From an uncultured Chlorobiaceae bacterium (GTDB lineage: Bacteria; Bacteroidota; Chlorobiia; Chlorobiales; Chlorobiaceae): DNA of 64,000 nucleotides. Shown here in pieces: positions 1-9,900 of this stretch; the first letter of the stretch is position 1; every line of letters starts with the position of its first letter. A program made the translations under genes and the position numbers. The stretch spans positions 2,170 through 66,169 of the forward strand of contig CAIOLC010000102.1 in NCBI GenBank assembly GCA_903859055.1, in the 5' to 3' direction. The notes beneath the pieces are model-generated. The model was not told the DNA's origin, made no database searches, and saw only the letters and a program-made list of their open reading frames with translations.

Positions 1-1005
1 GGGTTCAATTTTGAGATAATAGCAGGGTCTTGTGGTGATGAGCCGGATAAGTTCGGGACGACCAAGCATACGGAAGTAATCTTTTTCCGTTGTTACAATG
101 CTGAGCCCTTTTTCTTCCGCCTCCCGGCGCACCGCGTGCAGTTTTTTTGCGCTGTAGGGCTCGTGATCCCTGAAAAAGCGGTGAGCTGCAACGTTAATTC
201 CCTCTTTTGTGAGGCTGTTGAGAAAGCTTTCAGGGGTGGCTATGCCTGCGAAGGCGAGAAAATTGAGATTTTTTTGAAGGATCGCCTCATCTGCGGTCTG
301 GAACTCCCCTGAAAAACAGATCAGCTCTCCATTCTTAAGCCGGGCCTGGACGATGGGGCGACCCGTTTTTTCCAGCTCCTTGACGATGGAGGTGGCCTGC
401 TCTCTGTCGGTGATTTTGTTGAGCAGAATCAGATCTGCCCGGGAAAGATTTTTCAGTGGCTCCCTCAGGTGCCCTTCAGGCAACATTTTGGCCTTGACAA
501 AAGGTTCTGCGGCATTGATAATGGCGATATTGAGCACCCGGTCAATTTGGCGATGCTGGAAAGCGTCGTCGAGAATGATCACCGATGGTCCCCTTTGGGT
601 AAAGCGTTTGGCAATCTCCATGACCGCCTTTTTTCGTTTATTGGCGACCATGACAATAGCTTCGGGATTGTTCCATGCGAGCATCGCGGTTTCATCGCCC
701 GCTTCCCGGCTGCTGAGCCAGATTTTTTGACCGTCAGAGACAAGTTGTACCCCTTTCGACTCCCGGAGGTATCCTCTTGAGACAATGGCGGGCTTGCATC
801 CAATTGAAAGATAGTACTTGACGACCCAGTCAACAAGCGGGGTTTTTCCTGTTCCCCCAGCCGAAAGATTGCCGATGGAGACAACAGGAATCGGCGATTT
901 CCATACTCTGAAAAGTCCCCGGTTAAACAGAGTATTGCGAAGCTGTACGATACAAGAGTACAGTATGGCAAAGGGGCGGAGAAGTATAACGCGTGGATTA
1001 CCCAT
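1..1005 (-). CDS. lpxK: Tetraacyldisaccharide 4'-kinase, runs off the left edge (absent from the ORF track)
   Basis: Hand translation from ATG at 1005: MGNPRVILLRPFAILY...VVSIGNLSAGGTGKTP...IVSRGY...ILDDAFQHR...LPEGHLREP...FRDH...TTEKD; open to position 1. Confidence 0.95.
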   Translation of the reverse strand, partial: MGNPRVILLRPFAILYSCIVQLRNTLFNRGLFRVWKSPIPVVSIGNLSAGGTGKTPLVDWVVKYYLSIGCKPAIVSRGYLRESKGVQLVSDGQKIWLSSREAGDETAMLAWNNPEAIVMVANKRKKAVMEIAKRFTQRGPSVIILDDAFQHRQIDRVLNIAIINAAEPFVKAKMLPEGHLREPLKNLSRADLILLNKITDREQATSIVKELEKTGRPIVQARLKNGELICFSGEFQTADEAILQKNLNFLAFAGIATPESFLNSLTKEGINVAAHRFFRDHEPYSAKKLHAVRREAEEKGLSIVTTEKDYFRMLGRPELIRLITTRPCYYLKIEP

Positions 1006-1615
1006 GGCTGAAGTGTTCTGAGATGGTCGTTGTGTACGTTTGAAGCTCTTCTTCGCTGTGGAATGTTGGCAGCTCAAGAAGGTGGAGTGTGATCGCGGCT
1101 TTGCTGAATGGTTTTGGAATTTCAAACTGATCCCAACTCCTGAGTCTCCATGTGCTGCTGTAGCATATTTCCGCAAAGAGCAGTGGAAAGTGGTGACTTG
1201 AGGCAAGACGCAACGTGCCGAATTTGAACTGGTTAACCGGTCCGCGTGGTCCATCGGGAGTAAGGACGACCATTCCATGGTGTTGCAGAACCTCCAGCAT
1301 GGCACTTTTTACGGTATCGCCCCCTTTTGAGCTTGAGCCACGGATCAGGGAAAAACCACACTTTTCAAGGGTGTCGGCCAGCACTCGTCCGTCTTCGGAC
1401 AAGCTGACAACCGCAGACAATGTTTTTCCTGGAAAAAGGGTGCGGGCAAGCAGCCAGCCGATGATCATCTTTCCATGCCAGAAGGCGAAAATGGCTCCCG
1501 TCTCACGAAACGTCATCTCCTGGCTCGGTGGGGCTATCGATATGCGGAGGCTTGCATAGAGTAGCTTCAGCACGACAGGAAGGATATAACGGGAAATCAC
1601 CGGAGAGAGTGGCAT
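998..1615 (-). CDS. DUF374 / lysophospholipid-acyltransferase-like protein
   Basis: FWHG, SLSEDG, RGSSSKGG, TPDGPRGP motifs; overlaps the lpxK start by 8 bp. Confidence 0.85.
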   Translation of the reverse strand: MPLSPVISRYILPVVLKLLYASLRISIAPPSQEMTFRETGAIFAFWHGKMIIGWLLARTLFPGKTLSAVVSLSEDGRVLADTLEKCGFSLIRGSSSKGGDTVKSAMLEVLQHHGMVVLTPDGPRGPVNQFKFGTLRLASSHHFPLLFAEICYSSTWRLRSWDQFEIPKPFSKAAITLHLLELPTFHSEEELQTYTTTISEHFSHG

Positions 1616-1777
1616 TGCGGTCAGGAATAATTGGCAATCAGGTATGCTGGGAGCACAGGAATAAATTTTAAAATTGTTTATTTTATGCTTGCCGCATTAT
1701 AAAAATCTTGGGTGCAATTTAACAAACCACGTTGATAAACCACATACTGGAAGAGAATCAACTCTACGCGAAAAATC

Positions 1778-3053
1778 ATGAATGTTTTGATTATAGGGGG
1801 TGGCGCTCGCGAACATGCTCTCTGTTGGGCTGCTGCACAGAGTAACAGGGCGACAGCAGTATTTGTCGCGCCGGGGAATGGAGGAACCGAACTGATGGGT
1901 GGCAAAGTTCACAATGTGCCGCTGCAAGCGACAGCGATAGATGATCTGCTTGAGTTTGCCCGTCAGAATGCTGTTGAGCTGACGATTGTGGGCTCCGAGC
2001 AGCCGCTTGAACTTGGTATTGTGGATCTGTTCCGCAGCGCAGGTAAAAAAATAGTTGGCCCCACCCAGGCGGCTGCTCGTCTTGAGTCAAGCAAGGTCTT
2101 TTCCAAAGAGTTCATGGGGCGCCATGGAATTCCGACGGCTGGTTACCATGTTTTTCGGGATGCGACTTCCGATCTCTCTCGGGCAGCCGCAGACCTCATA
2201 TCCGCAGGTGATCAAGGCAAGCGGTTTATGTGCGGGGAAAGGGGTTTTCATAGCACTCAACAAGGGGGAGGCACTGAGGGCAGTCAAGGATATCTTTGAA
2301 GATCGTATTTTTGGCGATGCTGGAGATGAGGTGGTCATTGAGGATTTTCTTCAGGGTCAGGAGGCGAGTGTTTTTGTGCTGACCGATGGCAGAAAGTACC
2401 GCCTTTTTTTGCCTGCCCAGGATCACAAGAGGATTGGCGATGGCGATACGGGCAAAAATACGGGTGGTATGGGAGCTTATGCTCCGGCCTCTCTGGTGAC
2501 TCCTGAGGTGATGCGGAGGGTAGAGGAGCGGATTATCCAGCCTACCTTGAAGGGGATGGCCGAAGAGGGTTGTCCCTATACCGGTTTTCTCTATGTCGGT
2601 TTGATGATCGATAACGGAGAGCCCTCAGTTGTTGAATACAATGCGCGGCTTGGTGATCCCGAGACACAGGTGGTGCTTCCTCTTCTGAAAAGCGACTTTA
2701 TTGCAGCTCTTCAGGCAAGCGTTGACGGAACGCTGGAAGAGGTTCCCTTTGAGATGCATGAGAAGTCGGCTGCAACGGTTGTGATTGCTTCGGCTGGTTA
2801 TCCTGATCGCTATGTCACTGGCAAGCCGATTACCATCTCTCGGGATGTTGCTGCAATGGAAGAGTGTTATCTGTTTCATGCGGGAACGGCCATCAAGGAT
2901 GGACTGCCTGTGACTGCTGGTGGAAGAGTTTTTTCGGTAACAGCGCTTGGCGATACTCTTGGGGAGAGCATTGATCGTGCTTATCGTGTTGTTGAAAAGG
3001 TCGGCTTTGACGGAGCATATTATCGTACAGACATAGGAGCAAAGGGGCTGTAA
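1778..3053 (+). pseudogene. purD: Phosphoribosylamine-glycine ligase, frameshifted near 2171-2180 (real lesion or assembly error)
   Basis: ORF 1778..2299 gives the N-half (MNVLIIGGGAREHAL, RLESSKVFSKEFM); ORF 2055..3053 gives the remainder (VIKASGLCAGKGV, QDHKRIGDGDTGKNTGGMGAY, EYNARLGDPETQ). Confidence 0.9.
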
Positions 3054-3054
3054 T

Positions 3055-3486
3055 ATGAGACTACCCAGACGTAAATTCGAGATTATTCAGGAACAGGCGT
3101 TCCATGAGTTGCCTTATGAGTGCTGCGGGCTGCTTGTCGGAACGCAGGAGAGTGATCATCGAGGAAATATTGAGAATATTGTTTATGAAATTGCGCCTTG
3201 CAAAAACTGTCTCTATTTCGGCAGGGAGCAGGGGTTTGAGATTGCACATCAGGAGTATCTTGATGTAAAGCGGGAAGCAGCAAAGCATGGATATCGCATT
3301 CTTGGATCCTACCATTCCCATATCAACACTCCGGCAATTCCCTCCCTGCATGATGTTGATTTTGCTCATTCAGGCCATACCTTGCTGATCATTTCGCTGA
3401 TGAACGGGCAACCGAAAGAGGTAACGGCCTGGCTTCGACGTCATTCGGGGGGATTTCACCAGGAGCAGATCCGTGTTGTAGAGTAG
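3055..3486 (+). CDS. JAB/MPN (Mov34) metalloprotease-like protein
   Basis: PYECCGLL and GSYHSH...PSLHD (JAMM motif); starts 1 bp after the purD stop. Confidence 0.88.
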   Translation: MRLPRRKFEIIQEQAFHELPYECCGLLVGTQESDHRGNIENIVYEIAPCKNCLYFGREQGFEIAHQEYLDVKREAAKHGYRILGSYHSHINTPAIPSLHDVDFAHSGHTLLIISLMNGQPKEVTAWLRRHSGGFHQEQIRVVE

Positions 3487-3577
3487 CTTGCCGAGAGTGA
3501 AGTGGCGCAAAACTCTTTGACTTATTTTGTACATTACCCTTTTTTAAAGCTCACCAAGTATTAAACCCGGAAAAAAC

Positions 3578-5056
3578 GTGCCGAAACGGGAAGATATCAA
3601 GTCGATTTTAGTGATTGGAGCAGGTCCTATCGTTATCGGTCAGGCCTGTGAATTTGATTACTCCGGCACCCAGGCGTGCCGTGCACTGAAGGAGGATGGT
3701 TACCGCGTGGTGCTGGTGAACAGCAATCCTGCAACCATCATGACCGATATAGAGTTTGCCGATGCAACCTATATTGAGCCAATTACTCCGGAGTATGTTC
3801 AGAAAATTATCGAACGGGAAAAACCTGATGCACTGTTGCCCACCATGGGTGGTCAGACTGCCCTCAATATCGCAGTCGCTCTTGCCGAGTCGGGCATTCT
3901 TGAGCGCAATGGTGTCGAGCTGATCGGCGCAAAACTTCGGGCCATCAGAAAAGCTGAAAATCGTGAGTTTTTCAGCGATGCGATGAAGAAAATCGGTCTT
4001 GATATGGCCAAAGGTTTTTTTGTCCGCAATGAAAAAGAGGCGAAAGAGGCGCTGGAAGAGATTGGTCTGCCGATTGTGATTCGCCCCTCCTTTACGCTGG
4101 GTGGCACGGGAGGTGGTTTTGCCCAGACCAAAGCCGACTACTATGAAGCGGTTCGGAGAGGGCTTACAGAGAGCCCCATCAGTGAAGTACTTGTTGAGGA
4201 GTGTCTGATTGGCTGGAAGGAGTATGAACTTGAGGTTATCCGTGATCTGGCTGATAACGTCATTATTGTCTGCTCTATTGAAAATGTTGATCCCATGGGG
4301 GTACATACTGGCGACAGTATTACTGTGGCTCCTGCCCAGACGCTCACTGACCGCCAGTATCAGGAGCTTCGGGATGCTTCGATCAGAATTATTCGTGAAA
4401 TCGGGGTTGAGACCGGTGGCAGCAATATCCAGTTTGCCATCAATCCGGTTGATGGTCGTATTGTGGTGATTGAGATGAATCCCCGTGTATCGCGCAGTTC
4501 AGCGCTTGCTTCAAAGGCAACCGGTTTTCCGATTGCCAAGGTGGCGGCAAAGCTTGCTGTTGGCTACCGGCTTGATGAGATTCTCAATGACATTACAAAA
4601 ACCACTCCGGCCAGTTTTGAGCCCACAATAGACTATTGTGTTGTCAAGATTCCTCGTTGGGATTTCGAGAAGTTCAAAAATGTTGATGCCCGTCTTGGCG
4701 TTCAGATGAAATCGGTTGGCGAGGTGATGGCCTTTGGTCGCAACTTCAGGGAGGCGTTGCAAAAGTCGCTTCGTGGCCTTGAGATAGGGCGCGCAGGGTT
4801 AGGTTCTGACGGCAAGGATATTATGAATGTGCTTGATATGACCCAGCAGCAGAAAAAGTTTGCCAAAGAGGATATTCTCGAAAAAATCAAAATACCGAAA
4901 GCTGACCGAATCTTTTATCTCCGTTATGCCTTCCAGGCAGGAGCAACCATTGATGAGGTGCATCAGTCAACCGGCATTGATCCCTGGTTTCTTGACAATA
5001 TCCTCCAGATTGTTGAGCTTGAAGATGAGCTTCGTGAACTTGCTGCTGCCGACTGA
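3578..5056 (+). CDS. carB: Carbamoyl-phosphate synthase large chain, N-terminal half only (492 aa)
   Basis: [57 protein letters not shown]; ends after the oligomerization domain. Confidence 0.93.
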   Translation: MPKREDIKSILVIGAGPIVIGQACEFDYSGTQACRALKEDGYRVVLVNSNPATIMTDIEFADATYIEPITPEYVQKIIEREKPDALLPTMGGQTALNIAVALAESGILERNGVELIGAKLRAIRKAENREFFSDAMKKIGLDMAKGFFVRNEKEAKEALEEIGLPIVIRPSFTLGGTGGGFAQTKADYYEAVRRGLTESPISEVLVEECLIGWKEYELEVIRDLADNVIIVCSIENVDPMGVHTGDSITVAPAQTLTDRQYQELRDASIRIIREIGVETGGSNIQFAINPVDGRIVVIEMNPRVSRSSALASKATGFPIAKVAAKLAVGYRLDEILNDITKTTPASFEPTIDYCVVKIPRWDFEKFKNVDARLGVQMKSVGEVMAFGRNFREALQKSLRGLEIGRAGLGSDGKDIMNVLDMTQQQKKFAKEDILEKIKIPKADRIFYLRYAFQAGATIDEVHQSTGIDPWFLDNILQIVELEDELRELAAAD

Positions 5057-5062
5057 CCTGCC

Positions 5063-5833
5063 ATGAGCTATCTCGACAGGATTTTGGTGGAGAAAAAGCG
5101 TGAAGTCGCGGAGCTCAAGAGGGCGAAGCCAGCGCAGCGTTATCGGGAGTTGCAGGGCTCTCTGGGGGCCACCCGTGATTTCAGGCGAACTCTCTTACGA
5201 CAAGGGGGAGGGTTGCGCCTTATTGCCGAGATTAAAAAAGCATCTCCCTCGCGAGGTCTGATTGTCAAGGATTTCGCTCCTCTTGCCATGGCAAAAAGCT
5301 ATGCCGAGCTTGGCGCTTCAGCTTTTTCTGTGCTAACGGATCGCCTCTTTTTTCAGGGCTCCATCGACTCTCTGCAACAGGTGAGCCGATCATTTTCTCT
5401 CCCTGTTTTGCGCAAGGAGTTTATTATTGATGAGTCCCAGATATTTGAGTCGCGCCTGATTGGTGCTGATGCCATTCTGCTGATAGTGGCGGCACTTGAG
5501 TCCGTGCAACTCGGGGATTACCTGCAGGTGGCAGCCGATCTTCACCTGGATGTGCTGGTGGAGGTGCATGACAGGCGGGAGCTTGAGATTGCCATTGAAC
5601 AAGGAGCCTCAATGATCGGGGTCAACAACCGGAATTTAAAGGATTTCTCGGTCGACCTTCATGCTTCGGCTGCGCTTCGTCCACTGATCCCCGAGGGGGT
5701 GGTTGCCGTGGCAGAAAGCGGCATGAAAACTGCCGCAGATATTGCCCTTATCGAGCAGGCATCCTATGATGCCGTGCTGATAGGGGAGGGGCTGCATACC
5801 AGCCCCGAGCTTCGCGCAATTACCTGGTCATAG
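5063..5833 (+). CDS. trpC: Indole-3-glycerol phosphate synthase
   Basis: [38 protein letters not shown]. Confidence 0.95.
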   Translation: MSYLDRILVEKKREVAELKRAKPAQRYRELQGSLGATRDFRRTLLRQGGGLRLIAEIKKASPSRGLIVKDFAPLAMAKSYAELGASAFSVLTDRLFFQGSIDSLQQVSRSFSLPVLRKEFIIDESQIFESRLIGADAILLIVAALESVQLGDYLQVAADLHLDVLVEVHDRRELEIAIEQGASMIGVNNRNLKDFSVDLHASAALRPLIPEGVVAVAESGMKTAADIALIEQASYDAVLIGEGLHTSPELRAITWS

Positions 5834-6485
5834 CTCTGATTTTTGCAGCAGTGCGTGCAGGGTCAACAGATTTGAAGAATGCGGTGCCAGCAATCAGTGC
5901 ATCGGCTCCTGCCGTTACCACATCCTGCGCATTTTCTTCGGTTATACCACCGTCAACGGCGATGACCATTGCCGGATTTACCTTCAAACGCATCTCATGA
6001 AGCTGCGCGATTTTTCCAATTGCAGAGGGGATGAACTTCTGCCCCCCGAAACCGGGGTTGACCGACATCAGCAAAACGAGATCAAGATCCGGCAGAACGG
6101 ATTCGAGCGTTGAGACTGGTGTGCCAGGATTGATTGAGACTCCAGCTTTAGCGCCGAGGCTCTTGATGAACTGAATGGTGCGGTGCAGGTGTGGACAGGC
6201 CTCCTGATGGACCGTTATCTGGTGTGAACCTGCCTTGACAAAATCCTCGATGTAACGGTCGGGATCGGCAATCATCAGATGAGTGTCGATAATCATCGGT
6301 GTACATGCTGCAATTGCCTGAACGATGAATGGCCCGAAGGTGATGTTGGGGACGAAATTTCCATCCATGATATCGCAGTGCATCCAGTCTGCGCCTGCTG
6401 ATGTGGCAATCTCGATGGAGTTGGAGAGTCTGGTGAAGTCACCCGAAAGAATGGATGGAGCAAGAAGCGTGGATGGTGTGGGCAT
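5820..6485 (-). CDS. rpe: Ribulose-phosphate 3-epimerase
   Basis: [48 protein letters not shown]. Confidence 0.96.
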   Translation of the reverse strand: MPTPSTLLAPSILSGDFTRLSNSIEIATSAGADWMHCDIMDGNFVPNITFGPFIVQAIAACTPMIIDTHLMIADPDRYIEDFVKAGSHQITVHQEACPHLHRTIQFIKSLGAKAGVSINPGTPVSTLESVLPDLDLVLLMSVNPGFGGQKFIPSAIGKIAQLHEMRLKVNPAMVIAVDGGITEENAQDVVTAGADALIAGTAFFKSVDPARTAAKIRAMTR

Positions 6486-6530
6486 GGTGGTGCGTCCTTG
6501 ATGGTGAAAAAAAGTAACCGGGGCAAATAA

Positions 6531-8732
6531 TTAAAAAGCTTCGCCAATTCCAAAATTGAAGGTGCAGTTGCTCAAGTTCAGTTTTGAAAGACGCCAGGGC
6601 ACTGTCTCAGCGGGGTCATGCAGTTTATAGGCAAAATCAAAACGGAATGGGCCAATTGGAGAGCCTACCCGCAGCCCAACCCCGGAGTCCATCGCAAAGT
6701 CTTTTCTCAGAGAATTATAGGTGAGCGAGTAGGGGCCCGTTCTGTCCCAGATATTTCCGATGTCGGTAAAAAAGGCAATTCCGGAAGACTGATTAAAAAG
6801 TTTAAACAATTTCAGACGGTATTCAAGATTGAGCTCAAGCTTGATATCAGCGCCAAAATTTGAGGCAGCCTTACTTTTGCTGTTGCCTGGTCCGAGAGTG
6901 TTGTAGAGCCATCCCCGCATGGAGTTTGAACCACCTGCATAGAAACGGCGCTCTTCAGGTGTCGACTCGGCTTTTCCATAGGGCATCATCCACCCGATAC
7001 GTCCCCTGGCGGCAAGCTGGCCTTGCGGCGAAATGTTTTTTGAAACACCTAAAGCGGTTTCAACCTTCATATACTGTGAATAGGTTATCCCCAAAACCTG
7101 CGGATCTTTATCCGTAAATCCAGAATACTGCCGGGTATCAATGTATGTGTCTATGAGCCAGGCAAGACTTCCTGACTCTTCAAGAAGCAGGTCAAGTTTC
7201 CATATTGTCTTTTCGGGCATGACACTTGCTCGATTGGTCGAGTTTAAACGAAGCCTGAAGCTCTGGTTCACATGGGTACTCATCAGACTGTCAATTGCTG
7301 TATTGACTGCTGGTTCGTTGTCGGGATTAATTCTGATATTACTGGCAAGATCTTTCTTGAAAAGTTGTTTGAACCCGCCAAGAGAGTCTTTATTAACCCA
7401 TTCGACCTCAAAAAAATCAAAATTCAGGCGAGATGATGGATTCAGGCGGGCGTTATAGGTTGCACGGACCAGACCGGTTTTACTCGACAGAAGCACAGGC
7501 TGTCTGGTTGCAGAGTATTCTACAGTTGTTGAATAAAAGCTTCCTGTTTTTTTGAGAACAGGCATGACAAGGCTGCTTTTCAGACTGAATTCGTAAGGAA
7601 TAACCTTCGTGTATTGGCTCGCGTCGAGATTTGCCAGTACTCTGTTGTCGGAACTGCCCTGTGTGCCGTATTCGGTAGAGGTACGGAACTGTTCTCCGCC
7701 GCCAAAAAGGTTCTTGTTTTCATAAGCAAGAGAGGTGCCAAAGAAGAGAGGTCCATACCGGTTATCCATCAGTATCTTTGGCTCAATCTGGTGCTTTGGC
7801 GCGGTTTCAAGACGAACAGTGGTGTAAAGTTCACCCGCACGCACCGAATCAGGAGTGATATTGATTGACGAAAAGATATTTGTGGCTCCTAAATTCTGGA
7901 GGGTACGTTGTTCAAGACTCTGACGGGTCAACCCCCCCGGTCGGAATTCAATTCCACCCGTGATAAGATCAGCAGACACCTTCTGTTTACCGACAATTAA
8001 GCCGTTAATATTGTCATGAGTAAATTTCTGTGTTATGGGGTTGGGCTCACTTTTGCCGGATTCTTGTGCGACAGCGTGGATTGCTCCGTATTTCAGCCGT
8101 TGCGGCAAATTGAGTCTGAAGAGGAGTCCGGCCCGGTTTCCTGTGGTATCTACTTTGATGCGGATACTGTCTTCATGAAAAAAAGGATAACCATACTCCT
8201 TGAAAAAGGATACCGTTCTGTCACGCTCGTCAATCAGCCGTTCAACAGAAAAGATATCATGGAGTTTCAGCCGTTGTTGGCTGAGATACTCCTTTTTAAG
8301 CTCATCAGAAAGTCGTTCAAGTCCGTTAAATTTGATCGAGTCTATTCTCGATGGTTCATGTTCAAGAACAAGAATGTTCAGTTCCAGCTTTTTACCCTTA
8401 CTTCTGTGGGCAATGGTGTAATCGACATCAGCGTGGAAATAGCCCTTGTAGGAATAAAGCTTTTTGATCAGGAAGATGTCTTTGGCAAACTCGACAGGAT
8501 TGAATGGCTTGTGTACCCCTCCAAACAGGCCAAGCCCAAGGAACGATCGGCTTTTGGTGGTGCCTATAGTCTGCCGAAGCTCCTCAGAGCTGATGGCTTT
8601 ATTGCCAGTGAATCGAATATCGCTGACGTATGCAAGCTGCTCCGACAGCTCTTTTCTCTCTTCTGCTGTCTGGCTGTGTACCCTCAAAGCACACAAGACA
8701 AGAAGGGCGATAAGAATTAATGCTTTTGCCAA
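6531..8732 (-). CDS. Omp85 (BamA/TamA) family outer-membrane protein with POTRA domains
   Basis: Signal peptide, IRFTGN/IKFNG POTRA starts, RFYAGGSNSMRGW, SPIGPFRFDFA, terminal GIGEAF. Confidence 0.9.
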   Translation of the reverse strand: MAKALILIALLVLCALRVHSQTAEERKELSEQLAYVSDIRFTGNKAISSEELRQTIGTTKSRSFLGLGLFGGVHKPFNPVEFAKDIFLIKKLYSYKGYFHADVDYTIAHRSKGKKLELNILVLEHEPSRIDSIKFNGLERLSDELKKEYLSQQRLKLHDIFSVERLIDERDRTVSFFKEYGYPFFHEDSIRIKVDTTGNRAGLLFRLNLPQRLKYGAIHAVAQESGKSEPNPITQKFTHDNINGLIVGKQKVSADLITGGIEFRPGGLTRQSLEQRTLQNLGATNIFSSINITPDSVRAGELYTTVRLETAPKHQIEPKILMDNRYGPLFFGTSLAYENKNLFGGGEQFRTSTEYGTQGSSDNRVLANLDASQYTKVIPYEFSLKSSLVMPVLKKTGSFYSTTVEYSATRQPVLLSSKTGLVRATYNARLNPSSRLNFDFFEVEWVNKDSLGGFKQLFKKDLASNIRINPDNEPAVNTAIDSLMSTHVNQSFRLRLNSTNRASVMPEKTIWKLDLLLEESGSLAWLIDTYIDTRQYSGFTDKDPQVLGITYSQYMKVETALGVSKNISPQGQLAARGRIGWMMPYGKAESTPEERRFYAGGSNSMRGWLYNTLGPGNSKSKAASNFGADIKLELNLEYRLKLFKLFNQSSGIAFFTDIGNIWDRTGPYSLTYNSLRKDFAMDSGVGLRVGSPIGPFRFDFAYKLHDPAETVPWRLSKLNLSNCTFNFGIGEAF

Positions 8733-8766
8733 CCATGAATCCCGTTTTGTCGTGCGTTCTCTCGTA

Positions 8767-8994
8767 CTATGTTAATTGCTCTTCATCATCATACCCAAAC
8801 TCCTCGTCAGTGGGGTAGTCAGGCCATATTTCATCAAGACTTTCATACATATCATCGCTTTCAGGAAGATCATACAGGTTCTCAATCACCTGTTGGGGCG
8901 CACCTGTCCTGCTTGCATAATTAATCAACTCATCTTTTGTTACAGGCCATGGAGCATCGGCTATATGACGGGCAAGATCTAAATTCCAGTACAT
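8767..8994 (-). CDS. DUF2795 family small acidic protein
   Basis: MYWNLDLARHIADAPWPVTKDELINYASRTGAP...IWPDYP. Confidence 0.8.
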   Translation of the reverse strand: MYWNLDLARHIADAPWPVTKDELINYASRTGAPQQVIENLYDLPESDDMYESLDEIWPDYPTDEEFGYDDEEQLT

Positions 8995-9019
8995 ACTTCT
9001 CTTGATTGAATTATTCGGG

Positions 9020-9814
9020 TTAGGAGTGATTATCTCTCAGTTCAAGTGAACTTTTTTGTGTTGTTATGAATTTATCAGGGTTTATATCATTAAAAAAATA
9101 TGCAGTCGGATTGACTTTGACATTATCTTTTTGTACTTCGTAGTGCAGATGGGGTGCTGTTGATATGCCGGTATTGCCCGAGAGCGCAATAATGTCGCCT
9201 CGACAGACCTTCTTGCCCTGTTGTACCAGCAATTTTGAGAGATGTGCATAAATGGTTTTATATCCGTATCCGTGATTGATCGCGATGGTTTGTCCGTACC
9301 CCTTGTCATAGCCTGAATAAACGACAATGCCATCACCTGTTGTCTGGACTTTTGTCCCTTCAGATGCAGCCATATCAATACCCTGGTGAAAAAGAGAGAG
9401 GTTATAGAGCGGGTGTACTCTTAAACCGAATGTGCTGGTAATAGAGCCATTCACAGGTTTGATGTTTGGAACACTTGAAACAAAGGAGGTTGGATCCGGG
9501 TTGTCTGCAAACTCCCCTGTTTCAAGGCCGTTGGCGTTCTGCCGCTCTATCTGCATGACCATCTGCTCAATCATCTGTTCTGCATTGGCAAGAAAACCCT
9601 CTGCTCTTTTGGTCTGGTCTGGCTTTATTTTCCCGTTCTCTCCGGCTTTTTTTTCTGTAGCGAAAAGAGCTGTTGGAGTAAATACGGCAAACGACAGAAA
9701 AATTGTTACTGCCGAAAAAAGAAAAAAAAGTACTTCCCGCAGATGGCTGTAACCAGAGTCAACTGCTTTTTTGCGGTATTCAGACGGCATTGCAAGCCGG
9801 GATGTCGAAGTCAT
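9020..9814 (-). CDS. M23 family metallopeptidase (start codon uncertain: 9868, 9814 or 9790)
   Basis: N-terminal TM segment; HQGIDM (HxxxD) and STAPHLHYEV (HxH). Confidence 0.88.
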   Translation of the reverse strand: MTSTSRLAMPSEYRKKAVDSGYSHLREVLFFLFSAVTIFLSFAVFTPTALFATEKKAGENGKIKPDQTKRAEGFLANAEQMIEQMVMQIERQNANGLETGEFADNPDPTSFVSSVPNIKPVNGSITSTFGLRVHPLYNLSLFHQGIDMAASEGTKVQTTGDGIVVYSGYDKGYGQTIAINHGYGYKTIYAHLSKLLVQQGKKVCRGDIIALSGNTGISTAPHLHYEVQKDNVKVNPTAYFFNDINPDKFITTQKSSLELRDNHS

Positions 9815-9900
9815 GCGGTATTTATGGTGTGTCTGAGCAAGGAATTTCTGTTTGAAATTATTGGGCAAATATAAAAAAACTTTTTTTTATAAGTCAATGA

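Noticed and set aside
3055-3486. CBASS or other ubiquitin-like anti-phage system
   Set aside because: No CD-NTase, E1, E2 or effector gene nearby; flanked by purD and carB.
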